Assembly (NCBI GenBank): GCA_043228905.1
Contig: JBHGNT010000004.1
Location: forward strand, 11,346,001-11,410,000
DNA: 64,000 bases
Origin: Azolla caroliniana
Lineage: Eukaryota; Plantae; Polypodiophyta
Direction of reading: 5' to 3'
How positions within the stretch are numbered: the first letter of the stretch is position 1; each line of letters opens with the position of its first letter. Made by a program: the position numbers and the translations under genes. Below, piece after piece: positions 24,964-37,864 of this stretch. Under the pieces are notes generated by a model. The model did not search any database. It saw nothing but the letters and a program-made list of their open reading frames with translations, and was not told where the DNA came from.

Positions 24964-27399
24964 GTACGTCACCGCCACGCCACGTCTTCTTCTTTCTTTT
25001 ATCTCCCGAGTCCACATTCTTTTGTCATGGCCAAATGTGGTGGTTTAAAATTAGCATTTAGGAGGTGGTATCCGTGTAGGGAGAGAAGACAAGGGAGAAG
25101 ATGAAAGATTTTCTAGGCAGCGGCATCTTCAACACCGACGGCGAGCAATGGCGGTCCCAACGCAGGATGGCCAGCATGGTGTTCGCCGGGAAGACTTTGA
25201 GGGATTTCAGCCTCAAATGCTTCCGAGACGATTCACTCCATCTCCTCCATGACCTCCAGGATGCATCCCAATCCCAAGAAACAGTCTTGAACCTCCAAGT
25301 ATGACATGACCTTGAGGATTAGATGTAGATGTAGTAATCCAACTAAGTTAACCACACTTTTAGTTTTATTGTTTTTTGTTTTTAACTAAAAGTTACCACT
25401 TGACCTGTGCTGCAACTGTCCTCCTAACCTAATTAAACTACTAATTTACTTGCTTAAAATGGGGCAGGCGCTGCTAATGTCCATGACAATGGATTCGATT
25501 ACGAAGGTGGGGTTCGGGGTTCATGCGAACAACAACGACGACGACAACAAGAGGAGGAGGAGGAGGCAGCAGGGCAGTTATATGAATTTTGCGGAGGCGT
25601 TCGACACAGTCAATGCCTGCATCTGCCAGCGCTACGTGAACGTGTGGTGGAAGCTGCACAAGTGGCTGCGCGTGGGGACGGAGGGAGCGCTGTACCGCGA
25701 GCTCCACAACATCAACACCTTCGCTGCTAACCTCATTGCGCAGCATCGCCATCGCCATGCCATCAACAACAACAACAACAACAACAAAATACATCATGCT
25801 CATGATGATGATCCACATAATATTACCCCCCATGCCAGTGCCGGCGGCCACAATCATCATGGTCACAATACTAAGGCCCATGATTCTAGTGAAGATGCTA
25901 ATGCTCAAGTCCACCTCTATCCTCCATATGATTGTGGTGAGGTATGTATGGTATGTATGTATGTATGTATGTATGTATGTTATAATGGTCCCTTTTTGCC
26001 AAGTTACGTTCTAAGATTGCCTAGCTATGTCCACTCTAATGAGTCACGTCATTCGAAGAAAAATGATTGAGAGGGTCGATTGAAAGAAAGGAACATTATT
26101 TCTGGGAATTTCATCAGTTACTGTAATTGGGGTGGTTGATCAGACCATATCTTGTAAAAGGGAGGGAGAAAAAGGAGAAAACCAAAAGAGAAGAAGAACA
26201 AATTGGGTACACTTCCCTTTACATAGTTTTTGAGACAGGTAAAGTCCGTAAAAAGGGTAGACAAAGACAAGCCTATTCTTTGCAACCATAAAATGTTGTC
26301 GAATATATATGGAGCTTGGTTGTCATTTGAATTCCCTTAAATGTGTACGTACGTCTACATTTGACCCGAAAGCCTACACATTCCAACGATGGGGGAGGGG
26401 GGGGGGGGGGGGGGGGGCACGTGTTTCTCACTTTATGTCCCACTTGTCACACAACATTGCTTGCATGATGTAGGATGACTTTTCCATTATTATCAAAATC
26501 CATGTGCGAAATGTGTCTCTGGTTATCCCCTGCATGTTTTTTTTACACCGGGACATCAATATTGTCTAGATGGGGACATTCTAGTTTCGTAATATATAAA
26601 ACCTTCTAAACTTGTAGTTGTTGATCAGCTTAGCTGACTAATAATAAGAGACATGGCAATAGCTTGATTGACTTAAATTATCCATTGGTAGTTATGATTA
26701 GCCATTTGCAAGACATTCATGTGTGAATATACGTACCTAGCATAATACATACATTATTATTATGACCCACACATACGTAGATAGCATAATATGTAGCCTT
26801 GAAAATTGAATGTAGGACTAGACATCACTTTTCAAGCTTATCGTAAGTGCATAGATAGAGACAACGGTTTTATTGTATTTTATTGCAACTTACATTGAAA
26901 CCTTTAATGTGAAATGATTGCTAATTAGTCATCCATGTTATTTGAATTGAATGTAGGGAAAATATGATCCTCTCACAACTTATTCAAATTGAGAAGTATC
27001 GAGATGGGGGGGACATCAGTCTAAGGGACTCAATTTTAAACTTTATACTAGCTGGTCGAGATACTACTGCAGTGACCATGTCATGGTTCATTTACAACGT
27101 GTGCCAGAAAAAAGAGGTTGACCAAAAGATCTACGAGGAGGTGAAGCAAGTTTTAGGTTTCCATAACGTTGAGACTGCCACTTATGAAGAGGTCGCCAAC
27201 CACCTAACTTATGAAGCCTTATCAAACATGAATTATTTGCATGCAGCATTAACAGAGACACTACGTTTACATCCAGCTGTTCCAAGGGTAACAAACAATA
27301 CTATATAAAACATCATAAAAAATGTGCTGGTAATTTTATTAGGGGCAAAAAATTTATATTTTCAATACCTTCCAAGAAAAATTAATATTGAAAGCCCTT

Positions 27400-27465
<66 letters not shown>

Positions 27466-30400
27466 CACATTGAAGTACATATGTGATGCTCCATCATTTT
27501 GAGGGTTGGGAGGCGTTGATTTTCAATTATAGATGATGGAAAGTGCGTTGCCTGAAGGTTTTTCAGGATCTGGTGCGATCCCCGGAGGAAGTGATCATGG
27601 ACATATGGTTTGCTCTTATCAACTGCCTACAAGGGCAGTTGGACGAGGTTTGCAGCCATTCCAACGATGTGGTCACTGCCCATTTGCGCTTTTGGCAAAA
27701 ATGGCGGAACACGCCTATGGTGACACAAGGAGGAAGTGGTCCTAGGTGGAACTACCATCCCCCACACTGGCTGTTTCCAAGTCACTTGCCGCCCTCCTTG
27801 CGGTGTAGGCCCTAGGAGGTGTCTCATACTAGCCAAAATTGACGGGCACCATTTTTAGCTATAGGTATCTGCTTATATTGAGTAGTCAACCCATTATGCT
27901 AAGTAACTAATCTTATTTTCTTGTACTTGTTCGGAGGGAGATTTCCCGATTTGTATATAAGCCCCGTGTAGAGTCTTTTTGTAATAATCCTTCCTAACTA
28001 ATGGGAAAGTAGCTTCATTTTGGAAATAAATAAATAAATTATAGATGATGCTATATTATAGACATGGTCAAGTGGCCACCTATCTAGCAACCCTTCGTAC
28101 GAGACCCTAACTAGATATCATTCTTCTTCCTCAATGGATTTGCATTCTAATAGAGGTCGTAAATGAATGCCTCAAGCACACATTAGTTATTGCTAGTGGA
28201 GGAGGGACTTTGTGAGAACACTAATGGTCCCCTCACTCTTATTCAATTATAAGCTATCTCTACCACATATCTGCATCTCAATTCACTTAAGATGAAATCC
28301 CACAATTCACATAAAAGGTTACAGAGTAGACAAGAGGTGAGTGAACTCTCACCTACAAGGATCTCCTAGGAGTGAGTTGAAGAACTGGCGACTAATATTG
28401 CTCTCCTGTGAGAAGAATGAAATTCCTTCTCAACAAAGAGATAGGAACATGAATTGGGAAGCATTGGAAATTTGAGTTTGGACTCTTGAAGTACAATGGT
28501 ACATTCCAAAATAGGGGTTTAGAAATGAGGATTGTGAAGCCCTAACAAAACATACAAAAGTGAGTAGAACATAATAGTCATGTTAACCCAACGAGCAAGC
28601 TACAAGATGTATACATATATCGTGTGGGGCTGGTCTCTATGTTAGCTTAAAAAGATGGATAACGCATTGGTTTCATGGCCTCCCTCTCTCGGACATTCAT
28701 AAACACCATTACTCATGATTAACCTCATTGAGTATTGATTACTCGTATTGGTCCGATTCACACTTTGCACTTTAAGAGCTTAATGCAGAGGAATATGTAC
28801 ATACATAATATGTAAAATACTCTCTTTTGTTATGTATGTATGTATGTATGTAGGTAGGTAATAATGTATGTATGTATATGCTTCAGCCTTCAACTATTAA
28901 GGGCTCATATATTCATCATAATAATGTGATTATTCCTCATGGCTTAGCTGCCCTGGAGGAGGTTTTGGTTTTGGTTTTGGTTTTGGTCTCTGTTCCTCTT
29001 CCCTTTGTCGTGCTCACTTAGTATCTCCATACGCGGCGGCGGAGCCTGTGATGACAGACAGATGTGATGTTTCCAGAAGACGTCTTTGCTTCTTGTAGCG
29101 AACCCCACCCCACCCCACCCCACCCCACCATCATGCTTCATCATGCCACATCCTCCTTCCGCCTTTTGACCTTCTCCCTCACCATTATTTATTTATTGAT
29201 TGCATTGCATTGCATTGCATTGCATGCACCATTTCGAATGGGCAAAGCTTATACATATATGCCTTCCTCCTCCAACGAGTTTATCATTCATTGTCCTTTA
29301 TGGATGAGAACAAAGAGAAAGGTGCTTCTGGAATGGGCATACTCTCCTCATCCCCCATTTCTTGGTTGGTTGAAGAAAAGCGTGTAAATGTGGTAACCTC
29401 CACTTCGGTCTCTCCATGTTCTACTGTCTGATCTCAAGACCTATGGTTATGACTGGAGTGAAACAAAATAAAAGTGAGTTCCCTGTTAGCTTTCAGCTGT
29501 GTGGGGATGGATGACAACATGTGGATGGTTCTGTGCAATCATTTTTATGTTGCTTTTCTTTAGCATTAAATTAGTGCTGCTGTTTCGCTACTCTTGGTGG
29601 TCCTCAATGTGAGTGCATCAATAAGGCATTCTTCATTGTGAACATATCATTGATTGGTATCTCTAGTAATGTTGCCATATTCCATATATAGTAAACCATA
29701 GAAGGAAACTAGTCTTCCAACACTTTTGAAGGTCTTCCAGAGGTTGGTTGGTTCTCAGAGTTGATCACTTTGTGCTACTTGCATAATCAAATTTTCTAAG
29801 GGGTCCATGCCTGGGCGAAGTTGCTTAGGCATGGATCTGCATGCATTTGACCCACATCTAAATGGTTTTAGTGTAGTGATTGAACATCTAGTAGCCTATA
29901 TTATTTTCTCTCCTATCTCCTTTGTTCCCTTCCTTTTCCCCACGTCTTTCTCATATAAAATACCTCTCACCTTCCAAACTATCCTTTTGTTCATTCTCAC
30001 AAGCCCGTGATGATGTATATTCTTTTATATCTTATTTTCTCCTATCATTTTTTTAAAGCTACGCCTTGTGGCCTCTCCGCTATGTCCTTCAATGACTCTC
30101 CACAAGTAGTCTAGATTCGTGCATACATTCGCTTTTAGTCTGAGTGAATGAGTTCTAAGAAACAGACGGATTAAAAAAAAGGATTGGATAGTGCTGTCAT
30201 GGTGGACAGTCATTTTGCACACTCACTGTCAGCCAGCGCATGCTGGCTGTTTGATTAGAGTACTCTTGCAGTTTGCATCAGTTCCAAGGGTGTAGTCTTT
30301 ATTCTAAAAGAGGAGGTTGTGAGGTTGCTCGGGCTATTCTGAATAGTGGAGATGCATCTCGTCTAGAGTTCCATGTTACTGACACTTGCATTAAAGTTGC

Positions 30401-31547
30401 AAGGCGAGAATCGTCATTACTTTGTGTCAAAAATGGAGTGCATCTTGAGAGAAAGCAGGTCTCCAGAAAGTTGTCTCTCCCATGATCATATATAAGGTAG
30501 TGTTTGACTATCTTAGGTATTGGGGTCTATGCCAAAATTGGAGAAGTCGTTACAATTATATGGCCAAGGAGGGATTTTTATTTGTCTGGGCAATAGAGAA
30601 AATGTTTGTTAAGCATGGGGTCAAAAGGTTAAAAAATGGGCATATTTTCCACTTGTTATTGTCGACCATCCCATGACAATGAACCATAGAGGTGAAAATT
30701 CTCACAACCAGTTAGATAAAGGCCAACTGAATCACATGCAAAAGCTATGCAAAAAAATGAGCCAGCAAACTTCCTTGTTTCTTGGTTAATTTATTTAGCA
30801 AAGAATGAGAAGTGCAAGGAAAGGTTACAAGTCGATATTTAGCAATCATGCCCTCTGAAACAAACATGTATATCATTATACTTGAGGTGAGGATCTTGCT
30901 TGATTCTTTTACTAGCCAAGTTAATGAACTTATCTTTTGATGTAAATATCAAACTGTGTTTTACAATTTGAAATGAATATGTTCCTCTTTAATGATTTTG
31001 TTGTGTAGGACACGAAAGTTGCAACAAACAATGATGTTCTTCCTGATGGAACGATAGTTAAGGCAGGGGATCATGTAGCCTTTGTTCCCTATTCAATGGG
31101 ACGAATGAAGTTTTTATGGGGAGATGATGCTCTGGAATTCAAGCCGGATAGATGGTTGCATGATGGCTTATTTCGTGTTGTATCACCATTCAAGTTCACA
31201 GCATTTCAGGTAGTACAATAGGTAACCATGGTTCAAAATATCATATGCATACTATTGTTCACCTATACATTAACTTCAAGTTTTTCTGAAATGCAGTTTT
31301 AATGCACCTAGTAAAACAATTGAATTACTTTTGACAGGGTGGACCAAGGACATGCCTTGGGAAAGATTGGGCATACTTACAAATGAAGATGGCAATGGCA
31401 TTAATTTTGTATTTCTTTGAGTTCAAGCTTGTATCAAAAGAAATTAAATATCGAATGATGATGGTTTTGGCTATGGACAATGGACTCCAAGTTACTGTGA
31501 AAGCTCGGAAAATTCCCAAATTGCAAGGTGCTAATGGCATACTCTAG
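24604..31547 (+). CDS. CYP704: Cytochrome P450, CYP86 clan, CYP704-like fatty-acid hydroxylase (6 exons; exon 3/4 phase uncertain)
   Basis: N-terminal TM helix, TNFSNYPK, GIFNTDGEQW, I-helix AGRDTT, ETLR, KPDRW, heme motif FQGGPRTCLG. Exons about 24604-24963, 25080-25298, 25468-25941, 26957-27287, 31009-31209, 31338-31547, with GT-AG introns. Confidence 0.9.
25080..25298 (+). CDS. CYP704: P450 exon 2
   Basis: AG, then GEKTREKMKDFLGSGIFNTDGEQWRSQR...NLQ, then GT. Confidence 0.9.
25468..25941 (+). CDS. CYP704: P450 exon 3 (3' boundary uncertain)
   Basis: AG, then ALLMSMTMDSITKVGFG...FAEAFD...WKLHKWL.VGTE and a His/Asn-rich insert. Confidence 0.75.
26957..27287 (+). CDS. CYP704: P450 exon 4
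   Basis: LRDSILNFILAGRDTT...YLHAALTETLRLHPAVPR followed by GT. Confidence 0.9.
27403..27462. repeat. (GA)n microsatellite
   Basis: About 30 GA units. Confidence 0.95.
27539..28036 (+). mobile_element. 5'-truncated LINE (L1-like) 3' end in P450 intron 4
   Basis: ORF2 C-terminal-like peptide (RCLKVFQ...DIWFALI), (TAAA)n tail, 14-bp TSD AATTATAGATGATG. Confidence 0.85.
31009..31209 (+). CDS. CYP704: P450 exon 5 (absent from the ORF track)
   Basis: DTKVATNNDVLPDGT...PYSMGRM..LWGDDALEFKPDRW...SPFKFTAFQ followed by GT. Confidence 0.93.
31338..31547 (+). CDS. CYP704: P450 exon 6, heme-binding (absent from the ORF track)
   Basis: AG, then GGPRTCLGKDWAYLQMK..., ending in TAG. Confidence 0.93.
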   Translation, partial: GGPRTCLGKDWAYLQMKMAMALILYFFEFKLVSKEIKYRMMMVLAMDNGLQVTVKARKIPKLQGANGIL

Positions 31548-34500
31548 ATTTCATTCACAAAGCTACTCTACTTTTTGGTAATGAAAAAAATGCACGAAGA
31601 ATCACGTTCATTGTATTTTCTATATTTACCCTAGAATGTGATTGCTGTGTTTTTCTGTAGGTTGAAAACTTCATGAACGTCAAGGATCAACATTGCTGAT
31701 TCAACATTAGATATCTATGAGGTTATGAGTGGCTTCATTTCCATATGATATCTCCAACGTCTGATATTGCAGTTGAACTGTAAACATTGCAGAATTATTG
31801 AGATTGCGAGTGTAATTGAATTGTCGCCTTCTGTTTGCAAGGATTCCCAAATGATCAAGTAGCACCATGAAAACCTTTGTTCTTCTTGTTTCTTTATTGT
31901 GTCTAGAAATGTTTCTCTTCTTCTCGTGTCTCTTTTTGTAGTTTGGAATACCTTCTCTTTAATCCAGTGGTGAAGGAAACATATGCTGGGGAATCAATGT
32001 ATTTGCTATCCATCTCTTGGCAGCTTCCACCAACAATTTCTGTATTGGATCACAATCACAATCACCCATTGTGGCACACACTCTTGGACGTAAATGGGAA
32101 TCAAGGCAAAATCATGTGAACTGTCACCTCTGGTATAACTAACCAATCAGAAAACGCGGATTCATTTTTCTAAATTTGATTTGGAAGAAGGGTAAAGATT
32201 GTCACCTTTCTAAATTTGATTTGGAACAAGGGTAAAGATTGTCACCGATATTCTACAAAACCTGCCTAAACTTACCTCACCGCTAATGCAAAGATTGAGA
32301 TTGAGTTCAAGTTTTGCTTATCTTTGCAACATCCATAGTCACAAGCATCCATACAAATCAAGGCATTTGTTGTAGTTTACTCACAATCGTTTTTTTTTCT
32401 CTAGGCTAAATGTATTAACTATCAATAGTTAGAGAGTTACTCACAATCGTTTTTTTCCTCTACGCTAAATGTATTAGTATATATAATCGTTTTTTTATGT
32501 CCATGGATTTAGACCAACAATCTTGAAACTATTAATAGTTAGAGAGTGAATGTTTTGCATCCACATTGGTTCTTCTTGAGGGTGCACAAAATAGGGTGTT
32601 AGTAACTTGGCTCATGGACTATTCTTTTGGTTGCCCTCAAAATTGTAGAACAAATGAGACCTAAGTTTCAATTCTTAACCATCTGTGTCCTTTCTCATAG
32701 ACAATCAAAACATAGATGTATAGGCTTGAAAGAGGATGCCTCCCTCATACATACTATAATATACCTCCCTCTCCTTCTCTATTAGCAGAAACATTGTTAT
32801 AGAGCCACCCAAGAGGTTGCAACTATCTTTCTCTCTTTGTATGAAAGTTATATTGCAACATGTTCCATCCCTTATTAGTTCTTTCACTCAATGCCTTTCA
32901 CACATACATTCATCCCCATGAATTGCTTCTAGAGATCACTTGATGTTTACATGACATTTTCTTGGGTGCCTTTGATCTAATAGTAAACCACTTTGCCCTC
33001 TATTGAGAGATCAACCTCAACTTAGTTTGGTTATTTAGTCAACCATGTAACTTCGTAGTTACTTAGATAGAATCTAGTTAGGAGTGTTGACTATAACGCC
33101 TTAAATAGGACCTTGTACTTAAGTGGGATATTCTAGATCCTCCACTCCTAAGTATATTTAATATAAGACTTACACCTTAGTATCGATATTCTACTCACAC
33201 ATGTGCACCTTTGCACATAAGATGTATATATACCTCATTGTGGGTATTTTTGTATTTGATGATGATAATGTTAATTTAATATAGTTACTCATCCCCCATC
33301 TTGTGTTGTTCATAAGTGTATCTCTTTGTCTTTGTCTCTTCCTCTCACACACATACACACACATATCACTTAATCTCCCGCTTAACTTAATCACATAATT
33401 AGGCACTAATTAACCCATGTTTAATTACCTAATTATTAACATGGTATTAGAGCGTGTGGTTTAGAACATCCACTAAGCCCATCTGCCTCTTCATAATTGT
33501 GTGTTCGAAATGTTGACGACAAATTCCGGCTATCTGTTACGGTAGTGTCGCTACGTAGCACGTGTATGTGATCGAGGAAGAAAAGCAAAAGAAGAGAAGA
33601 CACTAATTAACATGAACACACAAATGGGTAGCTCGCTCCCTAGTGAAAGCTAGACCGGAGCAATTATTCATCTTGGGAGTACAAGATGAACCAAGACCTT
33701 GTCGCCCAAGGGTATTGGAGCTACATCAACGACGCTCAAGAAAATCGTCCCGACCCAAAGAACACCAATTACTCAACATGGGAGCAAGCAGTGAGTCGAG
33801 TCATGTATTGCTTGGCAACATGTGTTCACGACCACATGCTTAGCCACATTCAAGATGCCAAGACACCTAAAGAAGCGTGGGCGAACTTAAAGAAAATGTT
33901 CGTCGCCAACACAACCGCCCAAAAGCTTCAACTCCGACAAGAGTTAAACAACATTCGGCAAAAAGACATGTCCGTGTCGAACTACATCGCCAAGATCAAG
34001 AACATTTGCGACTCGCTTGGCTCCATCAAAATAAACGTTGACGAAGACGAGATGGTTCAAGTATGCTTGGGTGGCCTCACACAACGATTTGACTCGTCGA
34101 GGATGACAATCTTGGTGAGGGAAAATCCTCCTTCGTTCTTCGACCTTCAATCAATGCTAATGGTTGATGAGAACCACATCCAAACCAAAACCAAGACATC
34201 AGAAGGACAAACGTTCTTCTCGAATTCGGATGGTGGCCGAGGAGGAGGTCGATTCAACCCATCACACGAAGGGAACTCAAACCTTTGACAACAAGACGGA
34301 AGCCATCAAGGAACCTTCGAAAGAAAGGGGAGCTTCCATGCCAAACAAGGTCGGCAAATGACGCCCGCAACTTGCAACTATTGCGGAAAAGTCATCCACT
34401 ATGAGGAGTGCCGAAAAAGAAGAAGCGAGTTGGCTTCGACAAGTCGACAACTCACGAATTACACCGCCAATTCCGAATACGACGACTACGGCGGACTATT

Positions 34501-35085
34501 CGTAATGAGGCATAGAGCGAACTCTATGTCGGCCTCCGACTCCGCAAGCACCTCCGACTCGGAAGACATGTGGTTTGTCGATTCCGGCGCCTCATATCAT
34601 ATGACGTCAAACCAAGAGTGGTTTCGTGACTTACGGACACCGGACCGACCCGGCTTCATAGAGACGGGAGATGACACCACACATCCCATTCGGCACATTG
34701 GTAATGTCCCATTCGGGGAAGAAGGCAAGCAACCTTGCATCAAAAATGTCTTTCATGTGCCCACAATAACGAAGAATTTGGTCTCCGTCGGCCAAATCGT
34801 GGAGCAAAGCATGCAAGTCCACTTCAACAACGAAAGATGCTTCATCGAGAAAGATGACTGACTCATAGCTAAGGGGCGGAGAGATGGTCAAATGTTCATC
34901 CTTGATTCGAACAAGGTGAATTGGCAATGTATGCTAAAGGTCTCAAAACTGAGACAAGCATCGAGTTGTGGCACAAGAGAATTGACCACATAAACCTCCA
35001 ACGACTCCGAGCGAGTCGACCGAGTATGCGAAACGTGTCAACTCGGCAAACAACATCGACTCCCATTCCCGAAGGAGAGCCACGC

Positions 35086-37864
35086 TATCACAGACATGAC
35101 AACAGTTATGTCAAGATTTGAACTCTTGATCTCTTGTATTATAGTCAAGTGTTATATTGTAACCAACACATCCAAGTACATAATTGTGTTATGTATATCT
35201 TTATAGATTATCTATTCACATTCTAGGAGTTTTTAGAAAGTTCTAGAACTAGAAGGTTCTATTCTAATCCCTTTTAATATACTTCAACTCTTAGTATAAA
35301 TACTTGTAGCCTTCTTCGTCCCTTTCAAGGGATTCAAATTGTCACAGACACACCAACCCTACACTACGACGGAGCACGAATGAAGGGGCTAAGAGCGTGG
35401 AACTTAAGACACGAACAATAGCTGGAGTGAGCAACCATGTGCGGTCCTCACCGGGAACTGGAACACTTGATGACAATGAAGGCTAGGCAAAGTAGTGTTG
35501 ATGACGCCAACAAGAGGACCACACATGGTCAGCTCACGCCCTTTGGTGTTCGCGTCTCCTGTGAGAACCGTAGATGGTCTTTCACGCTCGTTGGTGTTCC
35601 AGTTCCCGGTGAGGACCGCACATGGTTGCTCACGTTCGTTCGTGTTCCAATTTTCGGTGAGGACCGCATGGTTGCTGACGCCCATTCGTGTTCAATTCTT
35701 GGTGAGGACCGTGCAAGGTCGCTCACGTCCGTTCATGTTCCAGTTCTCGGTGAGGGCCACATGGTCGCTCACATCTGTTTGTGTTCCAGTTCTCGGCGAG
35801 GGCCGCATGGTTTCTCACGCCTATTCGTGTTCTCGATGAGGATTGCACATGGTCTCTCACACACATTCCAATTCCCGATGAGGGTCACAGATGATCGCTC
35901 ACATCTGTTCGTGTTCTAGTTACCAATGAGGGCTGCATGGTCACTCACACCTGTTTGTGTTCAGTTCTTTGTGAGTGCCACATGGTCGCTTATGTCCGTT
36001 TGTGTTCCAGTTCTTGATGAGGGCCACATGGTCGCTCATTGGGAACTGGAACGTGAGCGACCATGTGTGGCCCTCATCGGGAACTGGAACTGGAACGACC
36101 ATGTGTGGTCCTCATCGAAAACACAAACGGGCGTGAGTGACCATGCGGCCCTCACCGAGAACTAAACACGAACAGGTGTGAACGACCATACGACCCTCAT
36201 TGGGAACCAGAACACGAACGGACGTGAGCGATCATGTGTGACTCTCATCGAGAACTGGAATGTGTGTGAGCGACCATGTGCGGTTCTCATCGAGAACACA
36301 AACGGGCGTGAGAGACCATGTGGCCCTCACCGAGAACTGGAACATGAACGGATGTGAGCGACCCTGCACGGTGCTCATCGAGAATTGAACACGAATGGGC
36401 GTGAGGAACCATGTGCGGTCCTCACCGGAGACACGAACACCAACGGACGTGAAGGACCATGTGTGGTCTTCACCGGGAACTAGAACACCAACGAAGACCA
36501 TGTACGGTCATCACCGGAGATGCGAACACCAAAGGGCGTGAGCGCCCCTACACGGTCATCACTGGGAACTGGAACACTTGACAACAATAACAACTAGGCA
36601 AAGTAGTGTTGATGACGACAACAAGAGGGTTGAAGATGATGATGTCGAAGACGAAACAATGAAGGCAATGATATTGACGAAACGACTTTGGAATCAACCA
36701 CTTTGACTATGGCGATGATGGAAGTGGAGAAAGAGATGAAGAGGATAAGAAACATAGAGACTGAGATGTTGAGGTTCTGAAGAAACACAAAGACACATAT
36801 ACAAAGGATGATAGAAAACACAAAGACATGGATGAAGGTGATAGGAAACGCAGAGAAAGTGACGAAGATAATAAGAAAACACATAGATAGAGATGAAAAT
36901 GGTAGGAAACACAAGGAGAAGGATGACAATGACAAAAAATGCAAAGATAGGGATGTGGAAGATGATAAGAAGTGCAGACATAGAGATGATGATGAGAAGA
37001 AACTAGGAGAGAGAGATGAGAAGAAACTAGGAGAGAAAAGACAAAGACGATGATGAAAAGAAACTAAGAGATAGAGATGGTGAGGAAGATAGAAAATGAA
37101 GGGATGTTGAAGATGGTAACTCTAGAACCAATGACAATTTGAATCCCTTCCAACTAGAAGCATTACTCACTCCTGTTCGTGTTCCATTCTCCAGTGACGA
37201 CCACACATTGTTGCTCACTCCAGTTATTGTTCGTGTTCCAGTTCACGGTGAGGACTGCACATTGTTGCTCACTCCAGCTATTGTTCGTGTTCCAGTTCCC
37301 GGCGAGGACCGACATGCTCTCTCATGCACGTTTGTGTTGGTGTTTCCAGTGAGGACAACACATGGTTTTTCACACCCACCACTTCCCGTTCACCCCTACA
37401 CCGTGCTTTCAAAAGGCGGCCATGAAAGGGAAGATAATGTCACAGACATGACAACAGTTATGTCAAGATTTGAACTCTTGACCTCTTGTATTATAGTGAA
37501 GTGTTATATTGTAACCAACACATCCAAGTACATAATCGTGTTATGTATATCTTCATAGATTATCTATTCATGTTCTAGGAGTTTTTAGAATGTTTTAGAA
37601 CTCGAAGGTTATAGAATATTCTCCAAAATATTCTCAAGAATATTCTAATGCATGTACTTCAACTCACAGTATAAATACTTGTAACCTTCTTGGTCCCTTT
37701 CAAGGGATTCAACACCAGTCTTTGACACATCAATCTAGTATTCTCGTTTCATGCCATATTGTCTCCTTGATCTTCATCTCTATCTTCATGCCCTCATGTC
37801 GCCCTTAGTGTCTTAAGTTCCATGCTCTTAGCCCCTTCATTCGTGCTCCGTCGTAGTCTAGACA
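35086..37864 (+). mobile_element. Non-autonomous LTR element (TRIM/LARD-like), internally rearranged
   Basis: LTR U3 35086-35338 matches 3' LTR 37438-37864. PPT GAAAGGGAAGA. Degenerate 5-bp TSD CACGC/CATGT splitting the Copia ESHVSK codons. No pol. Confidence 0.8.
35410..36580. repeat. About 45-50-bp degenerate tandem array arranged as a large inverted repeat
   Basis: GGTGAGGACCGCACATGGTCGCTCAC..GTTCGTGTTCCAGTT units, forward at 35525-36038 and reversed at 36040-36545. Confidence 0.85.

Noticed and set aside
26392-26417. Poly-G tract or G-quadruplex
   Set aside because: A simple intronic homopolymer whose length may be a sequencing artefact.
28940-30680. Nested gene in P450 intron 4
   Set aside because: Short low-complexity ORFs and scattered splice-like sites, with no coherent protein.
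32165-32545. Short tandem duplications downstream of the P450
   Set aside because: Typical local slippage or repair duplications.
35410-36580. CRISPR-like repeat array
   Set aside because: Units are degenerate tandem repeats without unique spacers, there are no cas genes, and the context is a eukaryotic LTR element.
36640-37130. K/D/E-rich protein
   Set aside because: Low-complexity purine-rich repeat with stops and frameshifts inside a non-autonomous element.
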